From positions 198,896-262,895 of the forward strand of contig NMRA01000083.1 of the NCBI GenBank assembly GCA_002633005.1: 64,000 bases of DNA. The letters are read 5' to 3'. The translations under genes and the position numbers were made by a program. The notes beneath the pieces were generated by a model that saw nothing but the letters and a program-made list of their open reading frames with translations, did not search any database and was not told the origin of the DNA. Shown here piece by piece: positions 17,101 through 32,100 of this stretch. The DNA is from Phoronis australis (taxonomy: Eukaryota; Animalia; Phoronida). How positions within the stretch are numbered: position 1 is the stretch's first letter; each line of letters begins with the position of its first letter.

Positions 17101-20100
17101 TAATTTCAGATATTCTGTAAATCACTCTAGTGATTCCAGAATCCCTGCTGTGATTCTAGAAATCACGACTTGAATCAGATTTTCATGGTGAATCTGAAAT
17201 CCCCACCCTGAATCTGAATCTGCTAATATGTAGGGAATGGTTTTCCATACAGCAATGTACATGTGCTAGTTTGGATGTGTATCACTCACCTTCCTTGCGC
17301 GAGGTGATTCACTTTTAAAGCAATATTGAATTAGACTTTTAACTTCATTAAAATTACCATTGAAAATACATTATAATTGATTTTACCAAAATGTACACAC
17401 TCTCGTTATTTAATTTAATTAAAATGATGATTGACCTTTATGTGAAGATGTATTTGGTTCGTAGAAATATTACATAAAGTTGGACAATTCCTCTTAACTT
17501 TTGGGTAGAGGTTTGTTATTGCCGTTCCATTTTTCAGTCTTGCCACTTTGTTGCAAATGCACAAAATTTTACCAAATGTAGTTTGGTGATAGTCACACCA
17601 TGCAAACTTTGCTAAAAGTTATTTTTGTTGAGAAGTTTGACAAAATGAAATTTTCCTTGTCCGCCATGGTCTGTCCCAAACAGAGGAGTTTTAGCGTTGT
17701 CAAGCTGCAACAGTTGTGAAATGTTCGTTGTACCTCCAGTTTAAAAGCTATGCCTATATCAACCTTTGACCAATGAGTCTAACAACTGTTATCTTTTCCT
17801 TTTACTCCTTCATTTATCGGTCTTGTGGTTGGAGTGCGTCAGAATGCACTCAGCAGGTATCAGGGTCTTACACAGTTAGTATTTAAAACCACTAGTACCA
17901 AAAAAATTAAAAAACTACCGTCTTCAAACTAGACAAAAATAACAGCCACAAGTGGCCGGTTTCCATTTTTCAAACATTTCTAACATTGTTGTGAATGCCA
18001 TGAGTTCTCAAACCGTCGTCCCATGGCAGCTATGGTATAGAACTCAAAACTGACGATGTTGATCTATTTTGTGCTACTTACCTTTAAAGTAAAAGATGAA
18101 AAAATTTCACTTGTATGCCACGTTGTGTCCCAAATTGGTGAGATTTTAACCTTAGGAAATTTGGCAATAAGTCTGACATAACGTGCCCGTATTTTGAGAA
18201 CCAGTTTGAAGCCCGTTATTCAGTGGAGAAAATTGGATCTCAAAATTCGGGCACTCTATATCACCCCATTACCGGAAATTTTGTGGTAAAGAAACTACCG
18301 GTAGTACCATAATCACCACTCAGCTGAAAGTGTACTATAAACCAAGCCAGGAATGCTATATAGTGATGTATTAATTCTAAATTCGTCTCCATACCAATCC
18401 ATTTTAGTGATTGCTTGAAAATGGTACAGTTTGTGATTTCTGAATACCAACGCCAAACTTTGTCATTAAAAAACCCACTACTCTATGTCTGAATGCGTAC
18501 TACCTTAGTACCCCAGGTTGGGACAAAAATAACTGCTAAAATTGCTATATTTGTATTTTTCAAAGGTTTACTGCATTGTTGTAAATGCTCAAACTTTTAC
18601 CAAATGTTGCTCGGTAATAACCGCACCATACAAATCATGCTAAAAGCAAAGTAAATTTTCCTGAAAAGTTTATTGTTGTTGAAAAAAATGTCAAAACGAG
18701 TTTTCATCCGTTTGCCTTATTGTGTAAGATACAGCACATTGAACAAAACAGAAGTTAAGGCAGGACTCTTTTAAAAGGCGGATGTGGACTTCACGCTTAC
18801 ACTGATTTTCAGAACCATGAAGTGAAGTGAATTGAATGGATGGTTTTCACCCTTTGTTAATTTTTTGAGAATTAGATAACTAACAGCTAACCACTCAAGT
18901 CTTAACTAAGGGCACTATGTCATGTTGACACTACTTATTCTATGTTCCTATAGTGCATTAGACTAAAGGGATTTCACATGGGGCTTGAATAGAGTTATGT
19001 AGTGCTTGTGCAGATATGCTGGCGTACTTTGCCAATTTGCTACGCATGTGAAATGGATGCCCAAAATTAAGCATGTTTATTTTTCGCATTCTTTCGATTT
19101 AGAGCACCAGAATGCAGAGTACACATAGTTTCACCCTACCCTAATTCTTTACCTCTTTAGCTCGCAATATGACTGTCAAGTGAAATTCTTTTTTGTCAAT
19201 TTTCTCCAGAAAAATAAAGCTTAAGAAAATGTTAGTCTATTACAAGTCATGATTGTACTATGTAGATTTTATAGAACATTTGATTCAGTTTTGTTTAATT
19301 CCTTATATATTATAGCCTTGGAAAAAATGGAAAATGGCAGTCTTGGCAATTAGTTTTATGCCAAATAAGTGGAGAATAGGGCCGTCCCAGATTACACAGG
19401 GACACTGGAATCTTGCTGTATTTACCCACAATGCTGCAGTATCCTTCAGGCACTGTTGTATTTTGCACCTTTGGAATTTACGTGTTCTTTGTTGTATTCT
19501 TTACTTGTTTTTTTGGCTGCATTACTTTATTTGTCCTCCCAGTGTCAACGAAGTGTTACTGCTATGCTATGGGCTACAGTTCCGATGTGAGAAAGTCGAA
19601 TAAATTTGACAAACATCTGTGGATGTGTGATGTTAGTTTGTTGCATTCCGGACATCTATCAACGACAACAAAATGCGAAGTTCTTTGGGTTAATTTTGAG
19701 TGGAATAGTATACCCTTTCTTGAAGATACCTTTCAATTTCGATACTTTTTTAACAGTTGACATTGAGAATATTTCCATGTCCATTCACCCCGACAGTTTA
19801 CGACATGACCTGTGAAAATGTACCTTATATTCCAAAATTAGGTCAGTGAAAACAGAGTTTTATTGCTGTTTAATCTGGGACAGCCCTATCACCTGTACGC
19901 CATGCCATGTGGATTACCCAATGCCAGTCCATCGAAAACCCCACCCGTGCATGAACCTGTGCAAGGACTAGGCCACACCTGTATGCAACAACATTTTTAT
20001 TAGTACTTAACCAAAAAGCTCCACTAGGCAAATCTATAAGTCTGGTTGTGAAAGAGGTATTTATTTTCTTGACAAAAGCATTCCTTTCAATTGGAGTTAT

Positions 20101-23100
20101 CTATGGTAGGTCAATTGTCGGAGTATAATAGAAGGCCTCCAAATTTTATTCACTTAGGAAAACCTGCGTCACCTTAGATGGACAAAAACATCAACAAGAT
20201 TGAATAGTCGTGTCTGTTTTTACGTGGGGTTTGTGTGAAGAGGTCTGCCATGTTATCTTAAATTAGGACAAAAATTCTCTTGTTTAGGTCCGTCCCAAAA
20301 ATTTGGGACACTGAAATTCTAGCTTAAATTGTATTTTCTTTATTCTGAAGATTTGGAAATGGGTGATTTTGGAATTTATGATATTCCTCAAAATATTCAG
20401 CATTGCGTTTTGCATCAACAAAGTCCAAAAATCGACTTCGTAGCTCATATAATTTTCAAAATCAGCAGGCGGTGCAATGTTTTCACGTGTCGCCATACTA
20501 TAATGTGTCACATCGAGGTGAATTCAGTATTCTCCACAATGAAAAATTCAAACTCGACTGGAATTACAAAATTTATGTATATGTTTGAAAATCCACGTCC
20601 TGTAATCGGGGGAGTTTGTGTGTTAAGTCTTGGAATAAATGGATTGAACTGGAACCAAAATCCAAAATGTCTTGACTAATTTGCTTAAGAAATGACTAGT
20701 CTACCAATACTTCAAACTCATTGCATAGGTTTTCAAACACAATGCAAGTAAGCCAAGCTCATCACGACAAAATTCAAAGTTGACGCAGTGACAAGTCCCA
20801 ACAGGTTGTTCAAGAGACTCGAATGACGATAATCATTTGTTGTTGACCGTAATTCTTGAATTTGGGATGACCAATATTGCCTATTTCAATAACTTGGTAC
20901 AAGCCCAAACCTTGAGCAGAATTATTATTTCTTTACAGTTTCAAACTGAAGATTTTTTGCCACAATTAACCTAAATAACCAAAGCTGTTGGGTCTGCTCT
21001 GTTCATGCATTCCTGTGATTTATTATAAATGTCCCAAGATATCAGATAACTCTCTGTTGGAGGGGCGTAACTTGTCTACCTGCAAGGTGATAAGTTGGCT
21101 GCATTCTTACAGAATCCAGGAATGTATTGTGACTTCCACATCCTGATTAGGAGCTAAGGTATTGGCACACCTGATAAAGGTGACTGTATGGCTTACGGCA
21201 GTTACACGTGGTAAATGTGTGCATTGCCATATCCATTTTTATCTTCGTGAAAGATGTTGGATGTTAAGAGGTATTTTGTTACCTCACGAGAGTCAATACC
21301 TTACATATATTAATATATTATTTGAGCAACCGAATATAAAATCAGATAAATGAAATTTAATTGTCAGAACTTAAGTGTACTGGAGTGCACTGAAATTACA
21401 AACATTGTATCTTGAAGAGTCTGCATTTTTTACACGTCAGTTTCAGTGTGTAATGTCATTTTCTACTGAGGCGATTAAGTTATTGTTGCCTTCGTCAAAA
21501 AGAAATACATTCCAGTAACTTTGAATGAAAAAAATCACCTAAGTATGTTAGAGTTAAACTTATTTCACTGGTGAAAGTCATGGAACAAATGAGTTTTCTT
21601 TGTGCACCATACTTGCATTAGGTGTCTATTGTCATGCACAGAGTGACAACTTTCACCTCACCCCAGTCTTATATTTGTGTGTCACTGGAAATTGCTCCCA
21701 TCAGAAGTGAGGAAAATTGCACTACCTGGAGCGCAAATTATTCTAGGGAAAGCTGTGTGGACAGGACTTAAACCCCTGTTGGCCCATGATTTTTTCATTC
21801 ATTTGAAAGTATAGGCTAGTCCTAATGGAGTTTGGTAGTAAATTATTTCCTACTGAAATTTGCCACCAGATGTTGATTCTGTGTAAATGATTAGGGCACA
21901 AGGTCATGATACAGACTGCAGTTGTATAACTCAAGGTTCCTATTTGAGACTCTGAAGAAAACTTAACTGTGGACATCTCCGCACTGTAAACCAGGCTTTT
22001 TGAGGCTGAAATGTTCTTATATTTATTTTTGAAGAAATTCAACAAAACAAAATTTCACTCCTCAGCCATATTGTGTACTAAATAAGTGAAGATGTACCAT
22101 AACTTCAGGCAGCAGTGTTCGCCCTACCTTTTGTAATACTGTTGTTCTAGTGGACCCATTAAACAAATGGTTGGGGTTCATTTCAATTTCTTGTTGTCCG
22201 TAACCTGACTGTCCACAAGCCACTTTGATGCAGGTGTTTCAGAAAAATGTAGTCTGTAGCTATTTTTACCTATAGGGAGAGTAGACTAGAAGATAATTAA
22301 CTAAGAAATGAAACCATCAGTTTTCTTTCTTAAAAGGATACCAAACCCCGGTTTTGCGCATTAACAGCTTTCCCATCAAGTTCTCTGAAACAAAATAATG
22401 CACTGTAACCCCAGTTGACAACCCTCAAGTTTGGAGGAAAATTTAAAAACTCCAAAGTCTGCTAAAGGGGCAAGCGTGACCCATACGATTTTTGCAAACT
22501 ACACGGCAAGTGGGAAAAGACTGCTGACCAAGGACCATAATGTTCAATCCGTGACATAAGTCCCGTCCACACACAGCCTACTCTGGCGTTTCTGATTGGC
22601 TAGTCAAATTCTCATCAGGCAGCGCTTTAAGCAAACAAACTGGCATGACTGATGGACTGAAGTGTAAATGTGGTCTGTTGTACAGACAAATTGGTGCTTA
22701 AAATTTATGTTCAAGAAATGGGAATCCTAGAAATTGTGATTACGCCTTTTTGGAATGCGTGTTTCTACTGTCGATGACTTTTGTTTACGATACTGTCCTG
22801 TATTCGTATAGTATGAATAACACACCGGTTAAATCGGCCAGATATGTGTTTATTGTACATGTATGTACATGTATGTACTTCAAGCACGTGGCTATTAAAC
22901 ATCCCTGCAGAAACGAAATAGTTGCTGTGATGCCACTTGCTTGACAAGGCTAAAAATCGTTCACAGTCTGCCATTTTTTCACAGTGTTGTAAAGCTAACC
23001 AATGACTGCTGAGGTTACATCAACCAATGCCAAAGCGCGTGCCACTGCGTGATACCTGCGTGCTGGCTAGGCACGTAGGGGACCTCGCTGGTTCCCTTTG

Positions 23101-26100
23101 TGCCGCTAGGTGGTCGATAGCTGCGTGATAGGCCTTTACTAGATGCAAATGAGTGGCGAGAATACCAACAGTTTCACTGGAAAATCCTTGAGAAAATGTT
23201 AGCATTATGGCCTGCAGGCGAATGAGCTATCTACATAGTGGTCATTTTTGACTGTAGTTAGTCTGTTGCCTCTCCATCTGAATGGGTTTTAAGCGAAAAT
23301 TGATGTCAAAATATTGTTTGGCATGAATTGATAAACAAGGCCTCTTACTCAGCTTGCGTGTCCTTGGAAGGTCGGGCTACAAATGTGTTACCGGAAATAC
23401 CAGAAGTTTTGGGATAACTCAAACTACCGTCAAAATTGACCCTTGTAACCATTCATATAACTGGCATTTTTGCTACTTGCAAAAGTAGTAGCAAAACGCT
23501 AACGTTTTAGCCAATGTGTGAACAAAGCATTAGGCAACATCTCCATTCCTTAACTTAAAACTATTCTGACTGTCCATTCCATGTATACATTTCTATTTGA
23601 TTTCTGGCTTGAGAGTACAAAAGACAAACACTTTGTGCTGAACAAACTTCAGTGAGGATGCCCTAGGCCCAACAAGTACTCAGTATTTTTGATGTGGTTT
23701 GCTACTGGAAAATTACTAAGCTTCAGTTCTGTGGGATCTTCTATGTAAAAGGCACCTTTTGTAGTTTTACCGAAATGTAATCCAGTGGATTTACGCCCTC
23801 CTGTATGCTTGTTTACTGAACTTGAATTTAGCAAAAGAATGTAAGACTGATATCCTTTTGAACATAACAAGCCTTGATGAACTATGAAACTATTTTGTTA
23901 GCTCTTTACTAAAAGTGGACCCTTCTATATCTAATCTCGCTGCAAAAAATTCACTCGTCTGTGTGGTACTTACTGTATAACTAGTTTCCCTTTATAAACC
24001 TTCCTTGGGGTTCTGGAATACAATCTTTGGTACCCACTATAGCTTGGTCCTCGTATTGGCTGAAAAACTAGCATTTTTGCCAACACTTTTCTAGTTGAAA
24101 AAGTGCCAGTAATGTAAACGGTCATACTTGGCGTTTACTGTTCCGCCAGTTTGAATTGCCAAACTTGTTGCATTTTCCCTAATAATTTTGTAGACAGATC
24201 CTTTTCGTCAAAGGACACGTGAATCATGGAAAGATGCTTCTTGTTTATTGTTATATTTAGTTTATTGGAGTGAATGCCCCTGAAGGTTATGTAGGACCCT
24301 AGAAAAAGGTCCAGTTTTGATCAACTTCAGAGTATCATATCTCCGTAATGGTTAATCGAATTCACATGAAGCTTTGTTCTCCAAAATGCTGGTAGGAATT
24401 GTTTTGCATGAGGGGCTATCAAAAATAAGATTTATGTGATTTTCATGAAAAAACTTAAGTTGCATCAAACAAAAATGAAATAATCATTTAGAAAATTAAG
24501 TGCGATGATGTGAATATGAAGTACGTTGAAAATTTTTAAGAACTAGTTTCGTGTCGAAAATGATCCATCGTAAATCACTTAACCGTGTCCAGTAAGTATC
24601 ATGACGTGGTGCTGGGGAATAACACCGCATGATGCAGGCTATATGAGGTCCTAAGGTGTGTCATCAGTGCAAAGGTCACCTATTTTCTGAATTTTTTTGT
24701 TTTCACAGTCATGTACAAGCTGTCGGGGAATACAACTGCACTTTGTTTAGCATAGGTGATGTTCAAATAGCTTTGTCATTTAGTTCCTGTTATACATTAG
24801 CATAGTTAAAAACATACGAATACATCTTAAACTTTTGTGTCTTGTGATATTTTTGTACTCTTTTCCACCATGATATATGGTAAATTCACAAAGTCTCCCT
24901 TGTCTAAACACCTCACGTCTTGATGTTCAGTTTGTAGGTATTGTGGTAGTATCTCACCAATGCTGGTTACCAAAATTCACCATTTAAGTTTTCAAAGGAT
25001 TTTTGTGAATGCCTAGCATTTGGCAGACCATTGTCTGGTGGAAGCTGTGGCGTAGGACGTACAATGCTGTGCTGCTAACTAGGTTCTGTTGTGGCATATG
25101 AAATATGAAAATTAACATGTCTGCCATATTGCATCCTAAAGTGTCAGATTTTAGTGTATATGAGCCTTCTCATTGCTAGTGTGAATTTGCACGATACTAT
25201 AACCATGGTGAACCTATCGTCTTACCAATTGTAGGTCAAAGAAAAAAATTAAATTCAGATAAACTTTTTGGGGGAATCTGCACAATGAAAAATCGATCAC
25301 CAGTGCGTCAACCTGTTACACTTTTCTGATGTCAGCAGTCACGATGTGTCTGCGTGAACTGTTGCTTATCTGATTGTAAAACTGACACGTGTGATAAAGC
25401 GAAAAATAGTTTACCTCAGCTAAGGATTACCAATTCAAATTTTTAACACAGGTAAAGTGGTACTTTTTGAAAGAAAGATAGAGTTTTGGCCAGTTAATAG
25501 CAGTAAAGTTTCTTCAAATTGAAATATAATATTAAAATTTTCAACAAAAGTATTACTTGACAACTTTCTGTTGTACGAAAAACAAACACATGATAAAATT
25601 TTAAACATTTTGGCAATACAGTGAGCTTTTGAAAGATGAAAAAATTACACTTTTGGCTATTATTTTTGTTTGAATTTTAGAAAACGTTTCCATAATTTGT
25701 GTCGACTTTCAGTATTTAAGTTAATTAAATATGTATACACATTTCTCTAACTTTTTGGCTAATGACGGAAACCATCATTAGGGTACCGAAATGGGGGATT
25801 CTACCAATTAGGAGCAATAATTTGGTAGCAAGTGACGGTTACACTAGATTCATGATAAAACTCTATTCAGGTTGATCTGAGTTTTTAGCTGAGATGTTGC
25901 AGGAATGTGTGTATATTCGTGTTCTTGAATTTTCTGTTAAAGGTATACCTTACAGTGTTTTTCCATTATTTTAGTTGAACGTCATGAAAATACACCATAT
26001 TTTTGATACTGGAAATATTGTATTTGTCCTAATTAGTGCCAAGGGTGCTTAGAAAAAATCGATTCGGGAGGGGGGTGCTTATTGTAGCCTAAGGTGATTG

Positions 26101-29100
26101 AAATCCAGTCTTCGAAACAGGTGAAGTTAGCTGCTAGGATTCATCAAATTCACGCTCTGTGATGTATCTGTAGCCTATGACAGACTTTCCACAAAATTGT
26201 GATTCATTGCTATCAAACTTTGTTGTCGGAAAGTTGTGGGGGAAATTTCAGGGCGAAAACTTGCCAACTGATATGTCGCTGCCTCGCGATCGTCGATAGG
26301 GCAACTTGATTTATTCAATAAAAATAGTTTTGACTCAACAAATTACATGAAATCCTCCTTAAGTTTTCCAAATAGCGTACCTAAGATTTTTAATTTCCTG
26401 TGAAGTCGGAGTTAACCGCAGATTAAGTCCAAATCTGTGTTAGATCGCACCCTGCAACATGAGAAAAATCTGAACGAACACACATGTTGTTGTCGTGTGA
26501 CGTTTGTTTTGAAGTTCGTTTGCGTGTGTGTGCCGAGTGAACAAGATTCACTCCCATTGACAAGTACACTGTGTCTGTTCTGAAAGGCCAGACCATAGTG
26601 GGACACGTGCCTCGCGTGATCTGCGAAACTTTTGAGTTCTGCGGAAGTTGAAAGTGTTACGGCGAAATACCAACTTGTGGTCTAGAAATTTGGCGCACAA
26701 TGATTTTTTCAGGATATTATTGATAAAATGAAGACATTACTGTAGAATTTTAGAACTCGAGGCAAAGCATTTTTCATGTGTATACAAGTTCGTGGGCTTG
26801 GTACTTATTTTAATGAAGTCTGAATAGGTGTGGGACGCTTATTGGGGCATGGGCGCTTACTAGGGCAAATACGGCATGTTTTGCTCAGTTTTGCTATTTT
26901 CTAAAACAAAAAAAAATTTATTTGGTGCAGTGTTTAGTAGCTGCAGACATCAATAACTGCAAATAAGTAACTGGTACTTATTAAAGAGAGGATAAATAAT
27001 GGTATTGACTTGTGTCAACATGCTTTTTATCTGCGTATCAAAATATTTTTTCTTCACTTTGACTTGCATCTGTTGAACTGTTTCAGGTTGGAGCGTCCCT
27101 ATTTGCCAGCAACATCGGTAGTGGTCACTTCATCGGCTTGGCTGGATCTGGGGCAGCTAGTGGAATCGGAATTGCTGTGTTTGAACTCAATGTAAGTTTG
27201 TTTCTATGTATCATAGTTTGATCGCTAGACACAAGGCAAGATGTCATCTTTTTGAATTTGTGTTCTCACAATCCACATTTTGTGCCTGAATGTTATTCAA
27301 TTTGAGTTAGAATGTACTAGTTCAGTTTCATAAATGATGTGTCTTTGTAGGGAACACTTTTTCCATATATGGACCAGGCCTAGTACTCATGTCCCTTTAA
27401 GAAACTGGGTTCATGTTCTTATATTGGTGGAATATCAAGACTTGTCTATAACATGTACAATTATGGGACATTTTTAAAGTAGTCTCCATCCACAGAGAGC
27501 AGAGGGCTGTGTGCTCGTAGACAATCAAAATCACTAGAGCTCAATGGGTCACTTGACCTGTTCACATCATTATTACGTTTGAAACCAGTTTAGAGGTTAT
27601 AACTCTTGGTCTGAACACATTAAATCCAGTTGTAGAAAATGTAATAGTATTAAGGTTAGAACCCTGTGTGAGTGTGGTTTAACGACTTGTTATAAAAGTT
27701 ATAACTAGGTGTGAGTTGTCAGCCCAGTTGTAAAGGTTATAACTGGGTGTTAATAGTCATCCCAGTTGTAAAGGTTAACCTCCTAGGATCACTATTATTC
27801 TCCTATAGTCAACTTCAGAAAGTAATTCATTGACACTGACCTCCAGGGAGTAAAACCAGGAACCTGAGTATTTAACAGTTGTAATTCCTGGTGTGAACAG
27901 TAGCAATTAGATAAATGTTTTGACTCGGGGGGCACTGGTGACTATTACATTTAATAGTGTTTTCCCATTGGAAGCAAAACTTTGTTTTTACCGAAGTTTC
28001 AGTATGTGGGAAAGGTTAACGCCTGTAATAAAACTGCAAGCGAAACTTCACTAAAATGGTAGCATTTAAAACAAAACTTGTTGGTACTCACTAAAACTTC
28101 GGTGTAATGGGAACGATCAAAGCGAAGTTTCGTCGAAGTTATTTGTAGAGATCGCAGCAACGATATATGATCACGCGAGACTTGCAAAATGTGTACTTTG
28201 TCATTGTAGCATTGCTAACGTGCTCTCAATAGACGTAAATAAATTTATAAAAAATCATAACTGATGTAACAAACACTTGTAAATGGCAGGAGAACAATTT
28301 TCAGTTAGCCTCAAACCCACTACTAAATATTCATTTGAAAATCCGAATGAACTGCACCATCTGGTATCTACCGGATGATTGAATCACCATCTAGCGATAA
28401 CTTCGATATTGCTGTCGGAAAGGTTAGCGAAGTTTCGGCTAAGCTTTGGTTAACCGAAGTTCCTCTAAGGGGACAACACCGTCATACTTTATCGTGACTT
28501 CTATGATAACCCAGGTCAGTTGGGTGAGGTTACCATGTGGACCTGTGTTGCAAATCACTACACTAATTGCTGTATAAACAAACATCTGTAGTATTGAAGT
28601 CAGGTGCAAGTCTGATACAGTACATGTATTTAACCTGTACCTCAACAACCGTGCAAATCGTGCGGGCCTGTGCAGTGGTGAAGACTTATAGTCTCGGTCC
28701 CAGTCATGGCTAGTAATTTCATAACTTAAACCTACGAAACTGGTGAAATGTTAAATTCAAGAGAAATGAATCCTAAGTGTAAGTTGCCAAAAGAAATGTA
28801 CCCCCCTTGGTTTTAGTTCAGACATCAATATAGAAGTAACATGATTGTCATGTATCCCTGTGTTTGCTTCTGTTATAATTTTCCTTTTATGCATGTGTGT
28901 CCTTGTTACAATTCTTAGTTGGCAAAATGAAAGTGTTCTGTGAATGGCTCAATAAATAAATGCTACCCAGGTGAGAGAAATTTTGAGTATGCTTTTACAT
29001 TGCCTTGAACTGTGCGTATGCATACGTGAATGGAGATTTTCAGACTTTGTAATTAAGTTCTCCTCTATCAGAATCTCTTTAACTCTTCTCATTGTATAAA

Positions 29101-32100
29101 TTCCAGAAATATATTCATTTAATTTCACATTTAGTTGTTAGGAGCTTGGGAACTAGGTACAGAAGGTAATTGATTCTTGCACTTTGCATGGCAAAAATGT
29201 AGAATTTTAACTTTGTCAAGTTTTTAAACAAAAATGTTTCTAGTTCAGTATTAGCTTAGTTTGTTCTACACGGCCAGTTTCATTAAACAGCGCTTTTTAA
29301 TTTTTTTAGTGGTTGCTGCCAGATAGTGATCCTTAAAAATACAAAAATATAATTTTGTAAATTCTTTTTGTGCCAAATAGCTTAGAAGTACTATCCATTT
29401 TTTGTACGGTATTGATATTTCAAAAGCAAAGTTGACTTGCCAGTTAGTTATTTGCACAACTTTGTCTGTTGAGAGTGGAGTTTCAATGAAGACCTTTAAG
29501 CCTCTTATCGGTTTGACTGTAAACGAAAATCATTTTGGGTTTGGCAAACTAATCTTCGGTATGTCATGTCTCATGACAACTTGCATGCAGGAACCATACT
29601 GTGTGCAGTGCAGTCGTAGGCACATTTCAACCATTTGCCATTGGTCTTGCTATTTTTTGACCAATATTGAACTTGGTTTAGTAAAGCAGTGAGGTATTTC
29701 ACAAAGGACTACTTCAAAGAAGCAAAACAAAGAAGCAAAACAAAGTGACTTTTCTGAAGAATTTTGGCACATTAGCATATCTGTAAAAGCTCACCCCTGT
29801 TACGGGGCTTTCGTGTCAGCGTCAAGGGTTTGGAGAATGTTTATCAGCTACAGTTAACTTGGGTCCTGGGTTGAAGTTAACTGGACTACTCAGCTTCATC
29901 GCCGACAGGTGGATTTAACAGTGGAGCATCGATGCTTCAATACGTTATGAATGGCTAACGTTGGTGTCATTAAAGTTATCGGCAGGTGTTGTTGCCAATG
30001 ATGGCTTGTGTTGTGGTATTATTTGGTATTTCCTTCTTTAAACATTCACCATTTTACCTCTGCAAGCCCTTTATTTCATTTGTTATCTGGCCATAGATAC
30101 GATACTTAGAATTTAAAAAAATATGCCTGCTTAATGTTTTGGTGCTCCATCTTGTGATAACTTCAAAGAGCTGCGCATCAAACTGCAGTAAGTCCATTGT
30201 CCATAAACTACTCAATCCGGTGTGAAAGGTTCAACTAACTTACAGTTTACATCAACAGAACCGAAGTTAACTTGGCCTGAAAAGGCCCAGGTTTGCCCAT
30301 GGCTTGCTTCTCAGATGATGTTGTCAGTAAGCAGGATGATCATATTTTATTTGTTTTCTCAATTACTAGATATAAATTGCATAGCCCTAATTTAATGTTT
30401 CAACAATGACGATTTGATCTAAGTCCCATTTGTTTCTTTCAGGCCATATTTGTGTTGATGATCCTAGGATGGGTGTTTGTACCTGTTTACATCGCGGCTG
30501 GTGTAAGTACCACGTATTTGTCAGGTTTGGTAAAGACTCACCAATTCCAAACAAAATGCCATATTCAATTTTCTTCACTTTTCAAGGACCACTAATATTG
30601 TTACAAATCCCCACAATTTCTCAAAACATTGACTCATGTTTGCTGTGTTACAGAGCTTTATTTGGTTTTATAAGTTATTAAAAATGAAAAAAGAATTTCC
30701 CTTGTCCGCCACATTAAGTCCTAAATTGGTGAGATTTTATCGCATGCTGTATGACTGACATGCAAGTTGGAGGTGCCATCTCCTTGTTTCACACTATTTC
30801 CTGTTAGGTTTTTAAATACCCTAAACTATAAATTTTACAGTTATTTCATAAACAAAGTTTTGACTAGCATTTTGAAGTAACAACATTTTTCTACAAAGTA
30901 TTTTCAAAATAACAAATAAATTAATTTAACAATTGATAGGTGTGAAAACATTCAAATAGATTCATAGCTTACAACTGGTCTGATCTTATGAAAGTTTTAT
31001 TAGTGGAGTATTGCAGATAACTGGAACAATGTTGTATAATTCTCTTGAACTGGGGCTCGAGGCCTAAAACACCTGGGCCGAGTTGCATAAAGCTTCAAAA
31101 GTTATCCGCTCGATAAGTTTGATTGTTGCGTGATGTGAGGTGCATTGTTCGACAATAACAACGCGTGATAATGCGGCGCCATTGTTGCTATACGGCGTAT
31201 AACTTTTATGCAACTGGGCCCTGATTGATAAGGTTATGGCTAACCTTAGTATCACGTCTGTCGGTTTAATCAAATATAATATGTAGCAAAATCAAGATTT
31301 TACTGAGAAAAAGTAAAAAAAAATTGTGAATTCCAATCAAACTGTAGTCTTACACCAGTCATGTTTTGGTCACATGAGCAATTAGTTAGAAAAACAACAT
31401 ATAACGATGATGTGATTATGAAGTCGGTTGAAAATTACCAAATGTTTTTAAGAACGAGTTTTGTGTTGAAAGTGATATGCCATAAATTGAGTTGGTGTTG
31501 GGGAATAACACTGCATGATGCGGGCTATGTGAGCCTCCAAGGTATGTCATTAGTGCAATCAAAGGTCACCTATTTGCAGAATTTTTTGTTTTCACATTTA
31601 CAAGCTGCACTTTGTTTAGCATATATGATGTTCAAATAGCAATGTCGTTAAGTTCCTGCTATACATTACCATAGTTAGAAGCATGCAAATATATCTTTAA
31701 ACTGAATCTGTTCTTATATTGGCTTCTAGGTACTGACTCGGTTTACTCTGTAATTCATCCAATGCGTATGTATTCAACTGTGTGTTTAAAAAAAGTATAA
31801 CAGTGAGCAAATTGCTACCACATCGTCAATAAACCGCCCAAAAATATCTTTATCTAAACAGGTGTTTACGATGCCAGAGTACCTGAGGAAGAGGTTTGGA
31901 GGACAGAGGATCAGGATCTACCTAGCTGTTCTGGCCCTCATACTCTACGTCTTCACCAAGATTTCGGTGAGTACGATAATTTTCTGATAGGTGGAGTTGT
32001 TTTAATGCTAACCTTTTAAAGTACTATTCTTTACATTTCAGAGTTTCAAGTTTGATGGACGCTTAAAAATTGCAAACCAAATACTGCTCCGTCTTATTTT

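Noticed and set aside
28660-28715. tRNA/SINE-head-like segment
   Set aside because: No cloverleaf or clear B box can be built.
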